DNA from: a virus
Taxonomy: Duplodnaviria > Caudoviricetes
Direction: 5' to 3' (one strand)
IMG/VR virus record: IMGVR_UViG_3300017700_000588
Span: 1-49,865 of that record
DNA: 49,865 nucleotides
A model generated the notes under the pieces. That model was not told the DNA's origin. It worked only from the letters and a program-made list of their open reading frames with translations, and searched no databases. Positions 1 through 8,950 of this stretch are shown one piece after another. A program made the position numbers and the translations under genes. The stretch's first letter is position 1; the number at the start of each line of letters is the position of its first letter.

Positions 1-1
1 G

Positions 2-145
2 AATGAGATAATGAGAGGACCCGCACTGTTGAAAGCGCTCAACATTCATCTTAAGGTAGGAATTGAAGGTGAAGCGAAAGTGGGTCCTTGGTCCAAGGGC
101 ATTTCGCTCGAGAAGTGGGAGAAGCAATATGCCGAGAAAGTCTAA
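2..145 (+). CDS. C-terminal end of probable family A DNA polymerase (partial, runs off left edge)
   Basis: Frame 2 reads NEIMRGPALLKALNIHLKVGIEGEAKVGPWSKG...* ; LKV-x-IE-x-EAKVG-x-W resembles the PolA C-terminal signature; lies directly upstream of nuclease/recombinase genes. Confidence 0.6.
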   Translation, partial: NEIMRGPALLKALNIHLKVGIEGEAKVGPWSKGISLEKWEKQYAEKV

Positions 146-1172
146 GGCTGTCGCCGCCGTCGAGGACGACATCTTCAAGGTCAGTCAGTCCAAGGTCAAG
201 ACCTGGCTGTCCTGCAAGAAGAAATACCACTTCCGCTACATCGAGAAGCTCAAGCGGATCAAGAAGGGTCGACCGCTGCAGTTCGGCAGTATCGTCCACG
301 ACATGCTCGAGGCGCACGCCAACGGCGACGATCCGTTCGAGAAGCTGGAGAAGATCGAGCTTGATAACGGGAAGTTGTTCCGCGCCGAGATCGATATGTA
401 TGGTGAGCTCGTCGTGGACATCGGCTTCATCATGGAGGATTACTTCTCCTACTGGGGCGGCAAGGACAAGAACTCGATCAAGGTCATCGAAGTCAACGGC
501 AAGGGCGCAGAGCATTCGTTCGCGATCCCGCTCGACCGCGATCCCAAGATCTTGATTACCGGCAAGGTCGATCTGTTCGGCAAGACACCCGACAGGCTCA
601 AGTGGCTCGTCGAGCACAAGTCATTCAATCGCAGGCCGTCCGAAGAGTTCCGCTGGGTGAACCTGCAGTCGTCGGTTTACATTCGGATCGCCGAGATGCT
701 CGGCTGGCCACAGGTCGATGGCACTCTGTGGGATTACATCCACTCGAAGCCTCCGGAACTGCCCAAGGCCCTGAAGGGCGGCAACGTCTCACAGGCCAAG
801 ATCTACACGCTGCCTACGGCGGTGAAGCAATTCCTCAGCGACAATAAGCTCAAGGCCAAGGATTACCCGTCGCTGATGAACCACGCCCTCGAGAACCGGA
901 GCCAGTATTTCTATCGCATCCGGAACCCGATGGCGGCGAAAGTCGTTGATGGCATCTACTCGGATTTCATTGACGCCGTGCTTGACATGCGCGATAATCA
1001 CGGAAAGAAGAGCATGCGGACTATTGAGCGTCACTGCCAATGGTGCGATTATGAGCCTCTGTGCAAAGCCGAATTGCTCGGGCACGATACCAAATTCATT
1101 CGCAAGCGGGAGTACGTCATCGATGAAAAGACCCATGAGGATAATACAGCGGAAGGACTCCAAGTCGAGTGA
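129..1172 (+). CDS. PD-(D/E)XK nuclease (Cas4/RecB-like exonuclease)
   Basis: SQSKVKTWLSC..KYHFRY, GSIVHDMLE, GKVD..VEHKS, Q..VY and C-terminal HCQWCDY..LC cysteine cluster; ATG at 129 overlaps polymerase stop. Confidence 0.85.
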   Translation: MPRKSKAVAAVEDDIFKVSQSKVKTWLSCKKKYHFRYIEKLKRIKKGRPLQFGSIVHDMLEAHANGDDPFEKLEKIELDNGKLFRAEIDMYGELVVDIGFIMEDYFSYWGGKDKNSIKVIEVNGKGAEHSFAIPLDRDPKILITGKVDLFGKTPDRLKWLVEHKSFNRRPSEEFRWVNLQSSVYIRIAEMLGWPQVDGTLWDYIHSKPPELPKALKGGNVSQAKIYTLPTAVKQFLSDNKLKAKDYPSLMNHALENRSQYFYRIRNPMAAKVVDGIYSDFIDAVLDMRDNHGKKSMRTIERHCQWCDYEPLCKAELLGHDTKFIRKREYVIDEKTHEDNTAEGLQVE

Positions 1173-1977
1173 AGAGGTCGGGGAGCTGAAAGTGCGAAAG
1201 CCTGGCAAGCAACGCAAGTACCGCTGCTACGTGTTCTATGGACCAGCGGGCACAGGCAAGACCACGCTGGCGAGCACGTTCCCCGGCCCCATCGCCATGG
1301 GCGACTTCCGCGATCAAGGCGACGACAGCATTTCCGACGTGGACGATCTGGAGGTTTATCAGATCGAGACGTGGGATGATGCCGAGACGTTTTACTGGCA
1401 GGCGAAGAAGGGCAAGCTGAAGGACTCGGCCGGCAAGCCCTTCAAGCCAGAGACGCTGGTGATCGACACTGCCACGAACTGGCAGCAGATGTGCATCGAG
1501 CACGTCCTCGAGATGAAGAAGAAGAAGTCGTCCAAGATGGCCGGCGACTGGGGCAGCATGACCAAGCAGGAGTGGGGTGAAGTCGCCTCGCTCATGAAGC
1601 AGTGGCTGGCCCTCTACAAATCACTCGAGATGAATATTGTCTTCCTCGCACAGCAGCGGGTCTTCAATGCTGACGAGGACGAGGGCTCCGACAGCGAGCT
1701 CACGCCCGAGGTTGGTGCGCGGCTTTCGCCGAGCGTCAAGGATGCGCTCAACGCGGCCGCCGATGTCATCGGCAGCACGTTCGTTAAGCGGAAGATTATC
1801 GTCAAGGAGGTGAAGGGCAAAAAAGTGAAGAGAGAGCGCAGCATTTATTGTTTGCGTGTAGGACCCAATCCGGTGTATATCACGAAGATCAGGAAACCTC
1901 GTAAAACTGACGCACCGTCGGTGATCGAGGATCCTGTATATGAGGACATCCTGTCCGTTATCAAAGGAGAAGCCTGA
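1135..1977 (+). CDS. Sak4-like / AAA_24 phage ATPase (recombinase)
   Basis: Walker A YGPAGTGKTT, Walker B LVIDT, followed by SSB-like gene as in Sak4-SSB pairs; ATG chosen at 1135. Confidence 0.8.
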   Translation: MRIIQRKDSKSSEEVGELKVRKPGKQRKYRCYVFYGPAGTGKTTLASTFPGPIAMGDFRDQGDDSISDVDDLEVYQIETWDDAETFYWQAKKGKLKDSAGKPFKPETLVIDTATNWQQMCIEHVLEMKKKKSSKMAGDWGSMTKQEWGEVASLMKQWLALYKSLEMNIVFLAQQRVFNADEDEGSDSELTPEVGARLSPSVKDALNAAADVIGSTFVKRKIIVKEVKGKKVKRERSIYCLRVGPNPVYITKIRKPRKTDAPSVIEDPVYEDILSVIKGEA

Positions 1978-2918
1978 TGGCTCGTAGTTCCAAGAAGACA
2001 ACCAAAAAGAAGTCCGGCAAGATCGGGCTCGATTTCACCGGCGTCGAAACGCGGGTACTGTTGCCCGAGAACGACTACCTGCTTTCGGTCGCGTCGCTCG
2101 AGGAAGAGGACGAGTCGGTCATCGTCGGCATCAAGGTCGAGAAGGGCAAGTTCGAGGGCAAGGTCGTCAAGGAATATTTCTCGACCAAGCCCCAGGCCCT
2201 GTGGCGCTTCGGCAATTTCATCGCGGCCTGCGGCCTGGAAGTTCCCAACGGCGAGATCGAGCTCGACGTGTCCGACTTCGAGGGCGTGACGGTCATGGGC
2301 TGCTGCGTCCATGAAGAATACGAAGGCAAGACCAAGATGCGCTGGGACTTCTACGGCGCCGACGAGGACGACGCGGCGTCGGATGACGACGACGAGGAAG
2401 ACGAGAAGGAGACGAAGTCGTCCAAGGGCAAGTCGGCCAAGAAGGATACCAAGTCCACCAAGGGCAAGTCGAAGAAGGACGAGCCCGCCGAGGACGAGGC
2501 CGGCGACAAGGTCTCGAAGGAAGACGTCGAGGCGATGGATCGCGACGAGCTCGGCGATCTGATCGATGAGCACGGTCTCGAAGTCGACGTGAACGACAAG
2601 AAGCTCAAGAAGGACGAGAAGCTCCTGGCGGCGGTGCTCGCCGCGCTCGAGGAGAACGACCTGCTCGAGGACGAGGAAGCCGACGAGCCGGAACCCGAGC
2701 CGAAGGGCAAGAAGGGCAAGGCTGCCAAGGGCGGCAAGAAGAAGGGCAAGGACAAGATCGCCGCGTCCGATGTCGAGGACATGGACGAGGACGAGCTCCA
2801 GGCCTGCATCGACGAGAACGAGCTCGAAGACGTCGATCTCGATGACCACAAGACCTTGCGCAAGAAGGTCCGCGCGGTGCTCGACGCACTCGAGGCGGCC
2901 GATCTGCTCGAGGAGTGA
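1977..2918 (+). CDS. DUF669-like single-stranded DNA-binding protein with acidic/basic tail and two helical repeats
   Basis: LDFTGVE..LLPE.DY N-terminus, ALWRF..F..ACG, HEEYEGK; very acidic tail; RBS AGGAG upstream. Confidence 0.65.
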   Translation: MARSSKKTTKKKSGKIGLDFTGVETRVLLPENDYLLSVASLEEEDESVIVGIKVEKGKFEGKVVKEYFSTKPQALWRFGNFIAACGLEVPNGEIELDVSDFEGVTVMGCCVHEEYEGKTKMRWDFYGADEDDAASDDDDEEDEKETKSSKGKSAKKDTKSTKGKSKKDEPAEDEAGDKVSKEDVEAMDRDELGDLIDEHGLEVDVNDKKLKKDEKLLAAVLAALEENDLLEDEEADEPEPEPKGKKGKAAKGGKKKGKDKIAASDVEDMDEDELQACIDENELEDVDLDDHKTLRKKVRAVLDALEAADLLEE

Positions 2919-2973
2919 TTGCTGAGGCGGGGTGCACGATTGCCCCCCAGCCCACCTCGCTGAAGCAATGAGA

Positions 2974-3002
2974 GCCCGGGGTGTAACAGCCCCGGGTTTT
3001 TC
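2974..3002 (+). terminator. Rho-independent terminator
   Basis: gcccgggg-tgtaaca-gccccgggt stem followed by T run, after SSB-like gene. Confidence 0.75.
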
Positions 3003-3014
3003 CACAGGATCGTC

Positions 3015-3467
3015 ATGACGCAGAAACCAGAAACCCGACTTCAGCGGCGCATCGTGCGCGCACTCAAGAAAGAAGTCGGCGGCTGGTGGGCTAAGATATA
3101 CGTGGGACCGTTCCAGCAAGCGGGCATCCCCGACCTCCTAGGCTGTGTGGAGGGATTGTTCTTTGCGCTCGAGGTGAAGATGCCCGGCGAAGAGCCCAGC
3201 GAAATTCAGATCAAGACCATGAAAGACATTCGCACAGTCGGTGGAGCAATCGCGCGCACCGTAACCTCACCGGAGCAAGCTGTCCGTGTTGTACTCAACG
3301 CTTTGGCCCGAGCAGAAAAAAGCCGCAAGGTTCGTCCTACGAAACAGCGGGACAAATCTGTTCTTCGATCAAGGGACCGGGAAGACGCACGTAACGCTAG
3401 CAGTGATGGACGAGGAAAGTCGGGACGTATCAAACTACCAAGCTATCGTGGTCTGTTTGAAGACTAA
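3015..3467 (+). CDS. VRR-NUC domain nuclease (Holliday-junction resolvase-like)
   Basis: PETRLQ..I, AGIPDLLGC..G.FFALEVK, SEIQ motifs. Confidence 0.85.
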   Translation: MTQKPETRLQRRIVRALKKEVGGWWAKIYVGPFQQAGIPDLLGCVEGLFFALEVKMPGEEPSEIQIKTMKDIRTVGGAIARTVTSPEQAVRVVLNALARAEKSRKVRPTKQRDKSVLRSRDREDARNASSDGRGKSGRIKLPSYRGLFED

Positions 3468-5022
3468 CCTGTTTAGCACGTGGGTGGCTAAAGCAACGAA
3501 GCTGGTCCCGCACATAAACATCGCCACTGATTTCATCACGTTCAAGACGTTGCCGTTTCCTCGCGCGTTATTCATCAACTACGAGCAGACGAATAACAAA
3601 CGCCTCCGAGGTCAATTGTCGCGCGTGCGCTGGACGTTCGCAGCGTTTGACGAAGCACAACGATTGAAGAAGCGATCATCGCTCTCCTCGCGCTTCGCAC
3701 GCATGCTGCGCGATGTCCCCCGGCGCGTTGCGATGAGCGGAACACCGTTCGATAAGAACCCGACCGATATGTGGGCCATCTGTCAGTTCGTGGACAAAAC
3801 CTTGTTCGGTGACAAGTGGAAGGATTTCTTCAAGCGGTACCTGAAGCCGGCCGGGTTCATGGGCTATGGTCATAAGTTTCGCACGAAGCAGCTGGAGCAC
3901 AAGTTCATTGACATCGTGGCCGGGATCACGCTGCGCGTCGGTCGTGAGATACTTGGGCTCAAGGGCGCTGGCATGAAGAAGCGGAAGTTCGACCTCGACC
4001 CTGTGCAGCGCAAGTTTTATGACCGGCTCGAGAAGGACCTCGTGGTCGAGTTCGAGGGCGACACGGACAAGCGCATCATCAGCACGCCGATGAAGGCAAC
4101 GCTCCAGATGAAGCTGCATCAGATCACCGGTGGGTTCATCAAGGACGACGAAGGCGAGATCAGCACAGTCGGTCGTGCGAAGTTGCGCGCGCTGCGCGAC
4201 CTGCTCGAAACGCAGGACAAGGTTCCTGTGGTCGTGTTCTACGTATATACCGAGGAGGGCGATCAGATCATGCGCCTGCTCGAGCGCATGTATCACAGGA
4301 CTGCGCGCATTCACGGTAAGGTCAAGGACACGAAGCGCATCAAGGCGAGGACGAATGTGATCGACGCATTCCAAGCCGGTCAGATCGATGCACTCGCGAT
4401 CCAGCAACGCACAGGAGGCGTTGGCGTTGATTTGTTCGCAGGATCGCTTGGCGTGTTCTACTCATCGACCCACAGCTGGATTGATTTCGAGCAAGCTAAG
4501 TCAAGGCTGGAAAGGTTCGGGCAAAAGAATTATGTAGACTTCTTTTACTTAATGGCGCGAAACACTGTTGACGAGGATAGATATGATGCTGTAACAAAGA
4601 AGAGCAACGTGAACGAAGTGACATTCCGTCGCTTGAAAAGGAGAAACGTCATGGCTCTCAAGCCCTCGAAGAAGACCGATACGAAGACCGACACCAAGGC
4701 GACCGCCAAGGGCGCCGACAAGGCCACGAAGTCGACGGCGAAGGCCGACAAGGCGCCGAAGGCCGAGACCAAGGAGTTCAAGTACGGCGTCGCCGATCTG
4801 CAGAAGCTGCTCGGCCACGGCGATCCGGCCTCGACCCGTGTTGCCCTCCGCAAGCACGAGATCGAGAAGGCCGGCAAGTCCTACGGCTGGGACTCCAAGG
4901 ACGAGCTCGAGGCGATCGTGAAGAAGATCAAGGCCGGCGCCGAGAAGGCCGAGCCGAAGACCAAGGCCGAGAAGGCGAAGCCCGCGGCTGACGCGAAGGC
5001 CAAGCCCGCCAAGAAGAAGTGA
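3286..5022 (+). CDS. SNF2-family DNA helicase with in-frame Lys/Ala-rich C-terminal extension
   Basis: LWPEQ, DQGTGKT, FDEAQ, MSGTP, GGVGVDL, QAKSRLERFGQ helicase motifs. Confidence 0.85.
   Translation: MLYSTLWPEQKKAARFVLRNSGTNLFFDQGTGKTHVTLAVMDEESRDVSNYQAIVVCLKTNLFSTWVAKATKLVPHINIATDFITFKTLPFPRALFINYEQTNNKRLRGQLSRVRWTFAAFDEAQRLKKRSSLSSRFARMLRDVPRRVAMSGTPFDKNPTDMWAICQFVDKTLFGDKWKDFFKRYLKPAGFMGYGHKFRTKQLEHKFIDIVAGITLRVGREILGLKGAGMKKRKFDLDPVQRKFYDRLEKDLVVEFEGDTDKRIISTPMKATLQMKLHQITGGFIKDDEGEISTVGRAKLRALRDLLETQDKVPVVVFYVYTEEGDQIMRLLERMYHRTARIHGKVKDTKRIKARTNVIDAFQAGQIDALAIQQRTGGVGVDLFAGSLGVFYSSTHSWIDFEQAKSRLERFGQKNYVDFFYLMARNTVDEDRYDAVTKKSNVNEVTFRRLKRRNVMALKPSKKTDTKTDTKATAKGADKATKSTAKADKAPKAETKEFKYGVADLQKLLGHGDPASTRVALRKHEIEKAGKSYGWDSKDELEAIVKKIKAGAEKAEPKTKAEKAKPAADAKAKPAKKK
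4651..5022 (+). CDS. Probable separately initiated histone-like/HTH DNA-binding protein nested in frame at the helicase 3' end
   Basis: AAGGAG at 4638-4643 precedes ATG 4651; abrupt switch to GC-ending codons and K/A/T-rich sequence. Confidence 0.6.
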   Translation: MALKPSKKTDTKTDTKATAKGADKATKSTAKADKAPKAETKEFKYGVADLQKLLGHGDPASTRVALRKHEIEKAGKSYGWDSKDELEAIVKKIKAGAEKAEPKTKAEKAKPAADAKAKPAKKK

Positions 5023-5052
5023 TCGGCGCCGGCACCCGCCGGCCTCGACACC

Positions 5053-5084
5053 AAAAAGCCCCGGCAGCAATGTCGGGGCTTCTT
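5053..5084. terminator. Bidirectional Rho-independent terminator between convergent operons
   Basis: aaaaagccccggca-gcaa-tgtcggggcttctt hairpin with A run on one side and T-rich run on the other. Confidence 0.8.
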
Positions 5085-5091
5085 AGTGGAC

Positions 5092-5409
5092 TCAGTGATC
5101 TTTCTTGCGCAGTCGTTCGAGCAGCTGCATCATCTTGTCCTCGAGGTCTTCCTCACGCGCCTGCTCACGACGCAGCTTGGCAAGTTCCTCGAGTGCAGTC
5201 GCGCATCGTGCGATGTCCTTACGGAACTCGCGGAATTCCGTGATGTCAACGATTGATCCACCGGCCACGATCAGGTCGGTGGTCTTAGCCTGACTGGGAG
5301 TCATCAGGTTTTTGCGGACGTAGACGATTGCGGAGCCAACCGCCAGGCCTACGGCTATCGCCAGGGTTGTGAACAAGTTCCCCGGGGTCAATAGTTCTGG
5401 CGGCAACAT
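5092..5409 (-). CDS. Small membrane protein of lysis cassette (holin/antiholin-like)
   Basis: One N-terminal TM segment (LFTTLAIAVGLAVGSAIVYV) plus coiled-coil tail; last gene of lysis block. Confidence 0.55.
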   Translation of the reverse strand: MLPPELLTPGNLFTTLAIAVGLAVGSAIVYVRKNLMTPSQAKTTDLIVAGGSIVDITEFREFRKDIARCATALEELAKLRREQAREEDLEDKMMQLLERLRKKDH

Positions 5410-5854
5410 CCTTGCGCCCCTTGTCAATCTCGCGAGCCTCGGCCGATCCGGAGAACGTGTTGAGCATATCGCTCACGAAGTACCCCGCATAGGCCGCGAC
5501 ACCTGTGGACCAGATCGGCGCCTTAATTCCCGCGAGAACTAGTTGCAGCCAAGCCAGTGTGCATATCAAAGACGTAGCCACCCGAACGTGTGGAGCCCAC
5601 TTACCGTACCAGGTCGTGGGGAAGCTACCATTAATCGTGAGGACAATCAACCGCACAAAGCCGAGACAGATCAGCAGAGCTGCCCACGCCTGTTCCGTTA
5701 GGTTAACACTCAGATAAACCCAGCTGCCATACAGCGGCAGCCCGTCGAGAGTGAGGATCGCACCCCAAGCGATCATCACGCAGGCACTGATCCATTCACT
5801 GCGCCGCACAGGGAAGTGATCGATGACGCCTCGTCCGATGCGTAGGATCAGCAT
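5285..5854 (-). CDS. Multi-pass membrane protein (holin-like)
   Basis: About four hydrophobic segments; ATG at 5854 directly after o-spanin stop. Confidence 0.55.
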   Translation of the reverse strand: MLILRIGRGVIDHFPVRRSEWISACVMIAWGAILTLDGLPLYGSWVYLSVNLTEQAWAALLICLGFVRLIVLTINGSFPTTWYGKWAPHVRVATSLICTLAWLQLVLAGIKAPIWSTGVAAYAGYFVSDMLNTFSGSAEAREIDKGRKDVAARTIDPGELVHNPGDSRRPGGWLRNRLRPQKPDDSQSG

Positions 5855-5855
5855 C

Positions 5856-6086
5856 TTATCGGCTCCAACATTTCGCGGCGATGCCCGTCTCGAAGTGTTT
5901 CGAGATACGGTCTTCACCGGTGGGCGTGGTAGCGTGAACGTCACGCAGCGAGTCGGTGAAGACGTCACATGCGCTATGTACCGCAAGTTCCTGTCTCCCT
6001 GTTCCACACGCCCCCGCGAGCCCGGCAACGGTCAACAGCATCGCGAGCGCCGCGGGACCCGCGAATGACTTCGCGGTCGACTTCAT
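5856..6086 (-). CDS. Outer-membrane spanin lipoprotein (Rz1-like)
   Basis: MKSTAK..hydrophobic..LAGAC lipobox; overlaps i-spanin in another frame. Confidence 0.7.
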   Translation of the reverse strand: MKSTAKSFAGPAALAMLLTVAGLAGACGTGRQELAVHSACDVFTDSLRDVHATTPTGEDRISKHFETGIAAKCWSR

Positions 6087-6231
6087 TCTGTCTTTCAATG
6101 ACGGCTGATGCCCCATTGTCCTTGCCCTCCTGATACACGTAGTAGGCGATGCCGGCGAAGACAAGAGCAGCGATCAACATCATGCCGACAGGTGACGTGA
6201 TCGCTTTCAGGATTGCGCCTAGTCCTATCAC
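5974..6231 (-). CDS. Inner-membrane spanin (Rz-like)
   Basis: N-terminal TM, short periplasmic helical domain with Cys, directly after endolysin. Confidence 0.7.
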   Translation of the reverse strand: MIGLGAILKAITSPVGMMLIAALVFAGIAYYVYQEGKDNGASAVIERQNEVDREVIRGSRGARDAVDRCRARGGVWNRETGTCGT

Positions 6232-7067
6232 GATTGCACCTGAAGATCAAGCGCATCGACAAGCGCAGCCTCCTTACGCTTCGCGTAGACGCGATACAAT
6301 AAACCTCCAGCGACGCTGAGAGCGCTAGCGATTGCGAGCGCGATCAACACATGCGAAACGAACGCGCTATCCCCAGCGACGTCTGAGATTTGATTGCGTG
6401 CGCTTTCAATTGCGCCAGTCAATCCTAATCCTGCGCCGCCTGCACCTGTCGTCGCATCTGCAGCGGCCTTGACGGGACGAGACTTCGCCTGATCGACAGT
6501 CGCCTTCTGGTTCATGTCGGCGAAGAACACAGGCTCGGGACCGACACTGCCGACAGCCCAGGCCTGCCCGATCTTGAGCACCTGCTTGACGCGGTTCATC
6601 CAGCCTTTGCCGAAGGTCTTGAATGTCTTGAGTGCGCGCAGAAAAGCTTCCCGACGCTCCAAGATCTTGCCGATAAGGAAGTCGACATCGTTGATCGCCT
6701 CGAGCGCACCGAGCGTTGCTTGCCCAAGCTGACCGTCAGCGGTGACCCCGAGCGCACGCTGCAGCCACTTGATCGACTGGATCGGCCCCGAGTTGACTGC
6801 ACCGTCCATGACCACGTAGTCGACACCCTGTGGAAGGGAGTCACCCTTGATGGCATCCCAGTATTGCTTCTTGTAGATGAGATCCCGCTCGTGGGGTTCC
6901 ATCTCGTAAACACTGCGGAGTGGCAGGTTCTGGCGCTGACGCCAGCCGTCGTAGACCCGCTGGATCACACCTTGATTGGTGCGGCCACCCGGGTCCTTCG
7001 GGTGATTGACCTTGCCACCCTCGTGGACAAGGATTTTCGGCATAACGTGGGCAAACGACTCGCGCAT
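6228..7067 (-). CDS. Endolysin, glycoside hydrolase family 108 with peptidoglycan-binding domain and C-terminal TM
   Basis: HEGG..NHP.DPGG.TN.GV, DGAVNSG, LQRALGV.ADG..G..T, FGKGW.NR. Confidence 0.9.
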   Translation of the reverse strand: MRESFAHVMPKILVHEGGKVNHPKDPGGRTNQGVIQRVYDGWRQRQNLPLRSVYEMEPHERDLIYKKQYWDAIKGDSLPQGVDYVVMDGAVNSGPIQSIKWLQRALGVTADGQLGQATLGALEAINDVDFLIGKILERREAFLRALKTFKTFGKGWMNRVKQVLKIGQAWAVGSVGPEPVFFADMNQKATVDQAKSRPVKAAADATTGAGGAGLGLTGAIESARNQISDVAGDSAFVSHVLIALAIASALSVAGGLLYRVYAKRKEAALVDALDLQVQS

Positions 7068-7076
7068 GTATATCTC

Positions 7077-7238
7077 CTATCCACAGGCTACGATGACGAT
7101 CCGACGACGCGTCGTGGGACCAGGGGGTGTTGGCGTTCCGTCCCCATCGAACCAGCCTTCGCCGGGTGTCAGGGTTTCTTCGTCAGCGGGGGCGTGATCG
7201 ACCCAGCCCTCGCCGGGAACCAGGAATTCTTCATCCAT
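7077..7238 (-). CDS. 53-aa protein with repeated PGEGW motif (not in ORF track)
   Basis: MDEEFLVPGEGWVDHAPADEETLTPGEGWFDGDGTPTPPGPTTRRRIVIVACG*; fills gap between fibre and endolysin exactly. Confidence 0.6.
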   Translation of the reverse strand: MDEEFLVPGEGWVDHAPADEETLTPGEGWFDGDGTPTPPGPTTRRRIVIVACG

Positions 7239-7239
7239 G

Positions 7240-8949
7240 TCAGACCACCGTCAGTTTGGGATCAATGTGAACGATCTCGGCGGAAGGAAGCTGCATCTGG
7301 AACCAGAAGAAGGCAGCGCCCTTTCGAGCGGGCGTGGCAGTAACCTCAAATTTGACACGCTTACAGCAAACGATGGTACAAGTACCATCGGCGAAGGTAT
7401 CGCCATCAACCGCGGTAGCGTAAGCTGCTGGTTCGCTGGCAGCGGTGTTGCCGCCCGACGACACGCGGAACACCCGGCCGGGGTTACTAGCAACCTTCTG
7501 CAAGTAGCCAATCGATCGACCTGTGCTGTTGGCACGTGCAGGCAGGCCAGCGTCCCACGACTCCGTGGATGTCTGCAACGCTGTGGAGTCAAGGAAGCTG
7601 GTACGCGTGGATTGAAACGCTTCGACTGGGCTGTTGGCATCGGTCAGGACGTTGAACTCGCCCCAGATCTTTGCTCGAGTGGCCGCGATAGCAGTGGCTG
7701 TCAGGAGGATGGCCTCGACGGTGAACGTCATGGGCGATCCGGTCGTATTGACTCGCTTGGCGATGCGGGGCGGCGTGATCTTGTTGCCTTCATACTGGCA
7801 GCTTGACTTGGCCGCAATTTTCCAGGAGCAGGGAGTGACGCCATCCGTAGCACCGTTGGTGCGATAGAGCGTTGTGTCCAAGTCAAGGTCACTGTAGGTA
7901 CCGCGTTCCTGCAGGGCGTTGTTGACCGACGTGCTGGACGTGCAGTTGTGCAGACGAACGTTATTCTTGAACCCGCTTGCCGAGTTGCCAGTGCTGAATA
8001 CGTAGCTGGCGTGCAGCTTGCAGTTCTCGAAAGAAGATGCCCCAAAGGTGGCGCCGCCGCCGATGTTCTGAATGTTAGAGAGATCGCAGTTCCTCACAGT
8101 CCAGAAACTGCGACTACCGTTCGTGGAGCCATAGGAAAACATGGAACTCGTGGGTGTGATAACGCTGGTATTGAATAGGTTCGGACAATCCCGGATCAGG
8201 ACATCGGAGAAGTTGGCTTGCAAATACTGTGAGATGTGGCCGAACTCGATGCGGCAATCGTTCATGAGTTCGACCATGCCGCGGGACAGCGTGCCGGTGC
8301 CGAACCCGAAGATTGCCGAGTTGCTGGATGATCCAAGCTTGAAGCGGCAGTCATCATACATGCCGTTGGATGTGATGTTGATGGTGCCCGCACTTGTGGT
8401 ACCACCTTGGCCGCCTTCGAAGTTGAAACCCTTGTAGAGGCAGTTGTTAAAGAGATCGAGGATCACGTTGCCAGTGGTAATCATAGTGGCGCCGCGCGAG
8501 AACTCGGCCTCCACAGGTGGGATGGTCGATCCGGCCTGGACGCAGATGCGCGGAATACCGGCAGTGCCCGAAACACTGTAGCCGACAGCGTAGCTCTCGC
8601 TGTGATCGTCGGCGACGTAGACGGTATCGCCAGCAACGATGGCGGCGAGACTGTGAGCGGATGCCATCGTACCGAGCGCCGCAACCCAGTTGCCCGACGT
8701 CTGCTCGGCCTGCTGACCGCCGACCTGAGTGAACGTCGCGGTGCCGCTCACGGTCGTCGCGTTGTTGGCGGTGTTCCACGACGGCTCGGTGCCGCCCGAC
8801 GTGCCGGCAGTCGTGCACTTGAAGACTCGGGCGTTCGCTGCTGTGGGTGCCGCGAGCTGTCGCACAAGCTGGCCCACAGTGTAGGCAGTGGATGCCGCCC
8901 ATTGGGCAAGAGCGGCATACTTGACAGAGGAGACGTACCAATTGGCCAT
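7240..8949 (-). CDS. Tail fibre / receptor-binding protein
   Basis: WAASTAYTVG carbohydrate-binding-like module, beta-helix-like Asn/Cys-rich centre, position at end of tail module. Confidence 0.7.
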   Translation of the reverse strand: MANWYVSSVKYAALAQWAASTAYTVGQLVRQLAAPTAANARVFKCTTAGTSGGTEPSWNTANNATTVSGTATFTQVGGQQAEQTSGNWVAALGTMASAHSLAAIVAGDTVYVADDHSESYAVGYSVSGTAGIPRICVQAGSTIPPVEAEFSRGATMITTGNVILDLFNNCLYKGFNFEGGQGGTTSAGTINITSNGMYDDCRFKLGSSSNSAIFGFGTGTLSRGMVELMNDCRIEFGHISQYLQANFSDVLIRDCPNLFNTSVITPTSSMFSYGSTNGSRSFWTVRNCDLSNIQNIGGGATFGASSFENCKLHASYVFSTGNSASGFKNNVRLHNCTSSTSVNNALQERGTYSDLDLDTTLYRTNGATDGVTPCSWKIAAKSSCQYEGNKITPPRIAKRVNTTGSPMTFTVEAILLTATAIAATRAKIWGEFNVLTDANSPVEAFQSTRTSFLDSTALQTSTESWDAGLPARANSTGRSIGYLQKVASNPGRVFRVSSGGNTAASEPAAYATAVDGDTFADGTCTIVCCKRVKFEVTATPARKGAAFFWFQMQLPSAEIVHIDPKLTVV

Positions 8950-8950
8950 G

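Noticed and set aside
2920-3002. Possible tRNA or structured RNA after the SSB-like gene
   Set aside because: Two hairpins but no cloverleaf, TTC loop or CCA; second hairpin is a terminator
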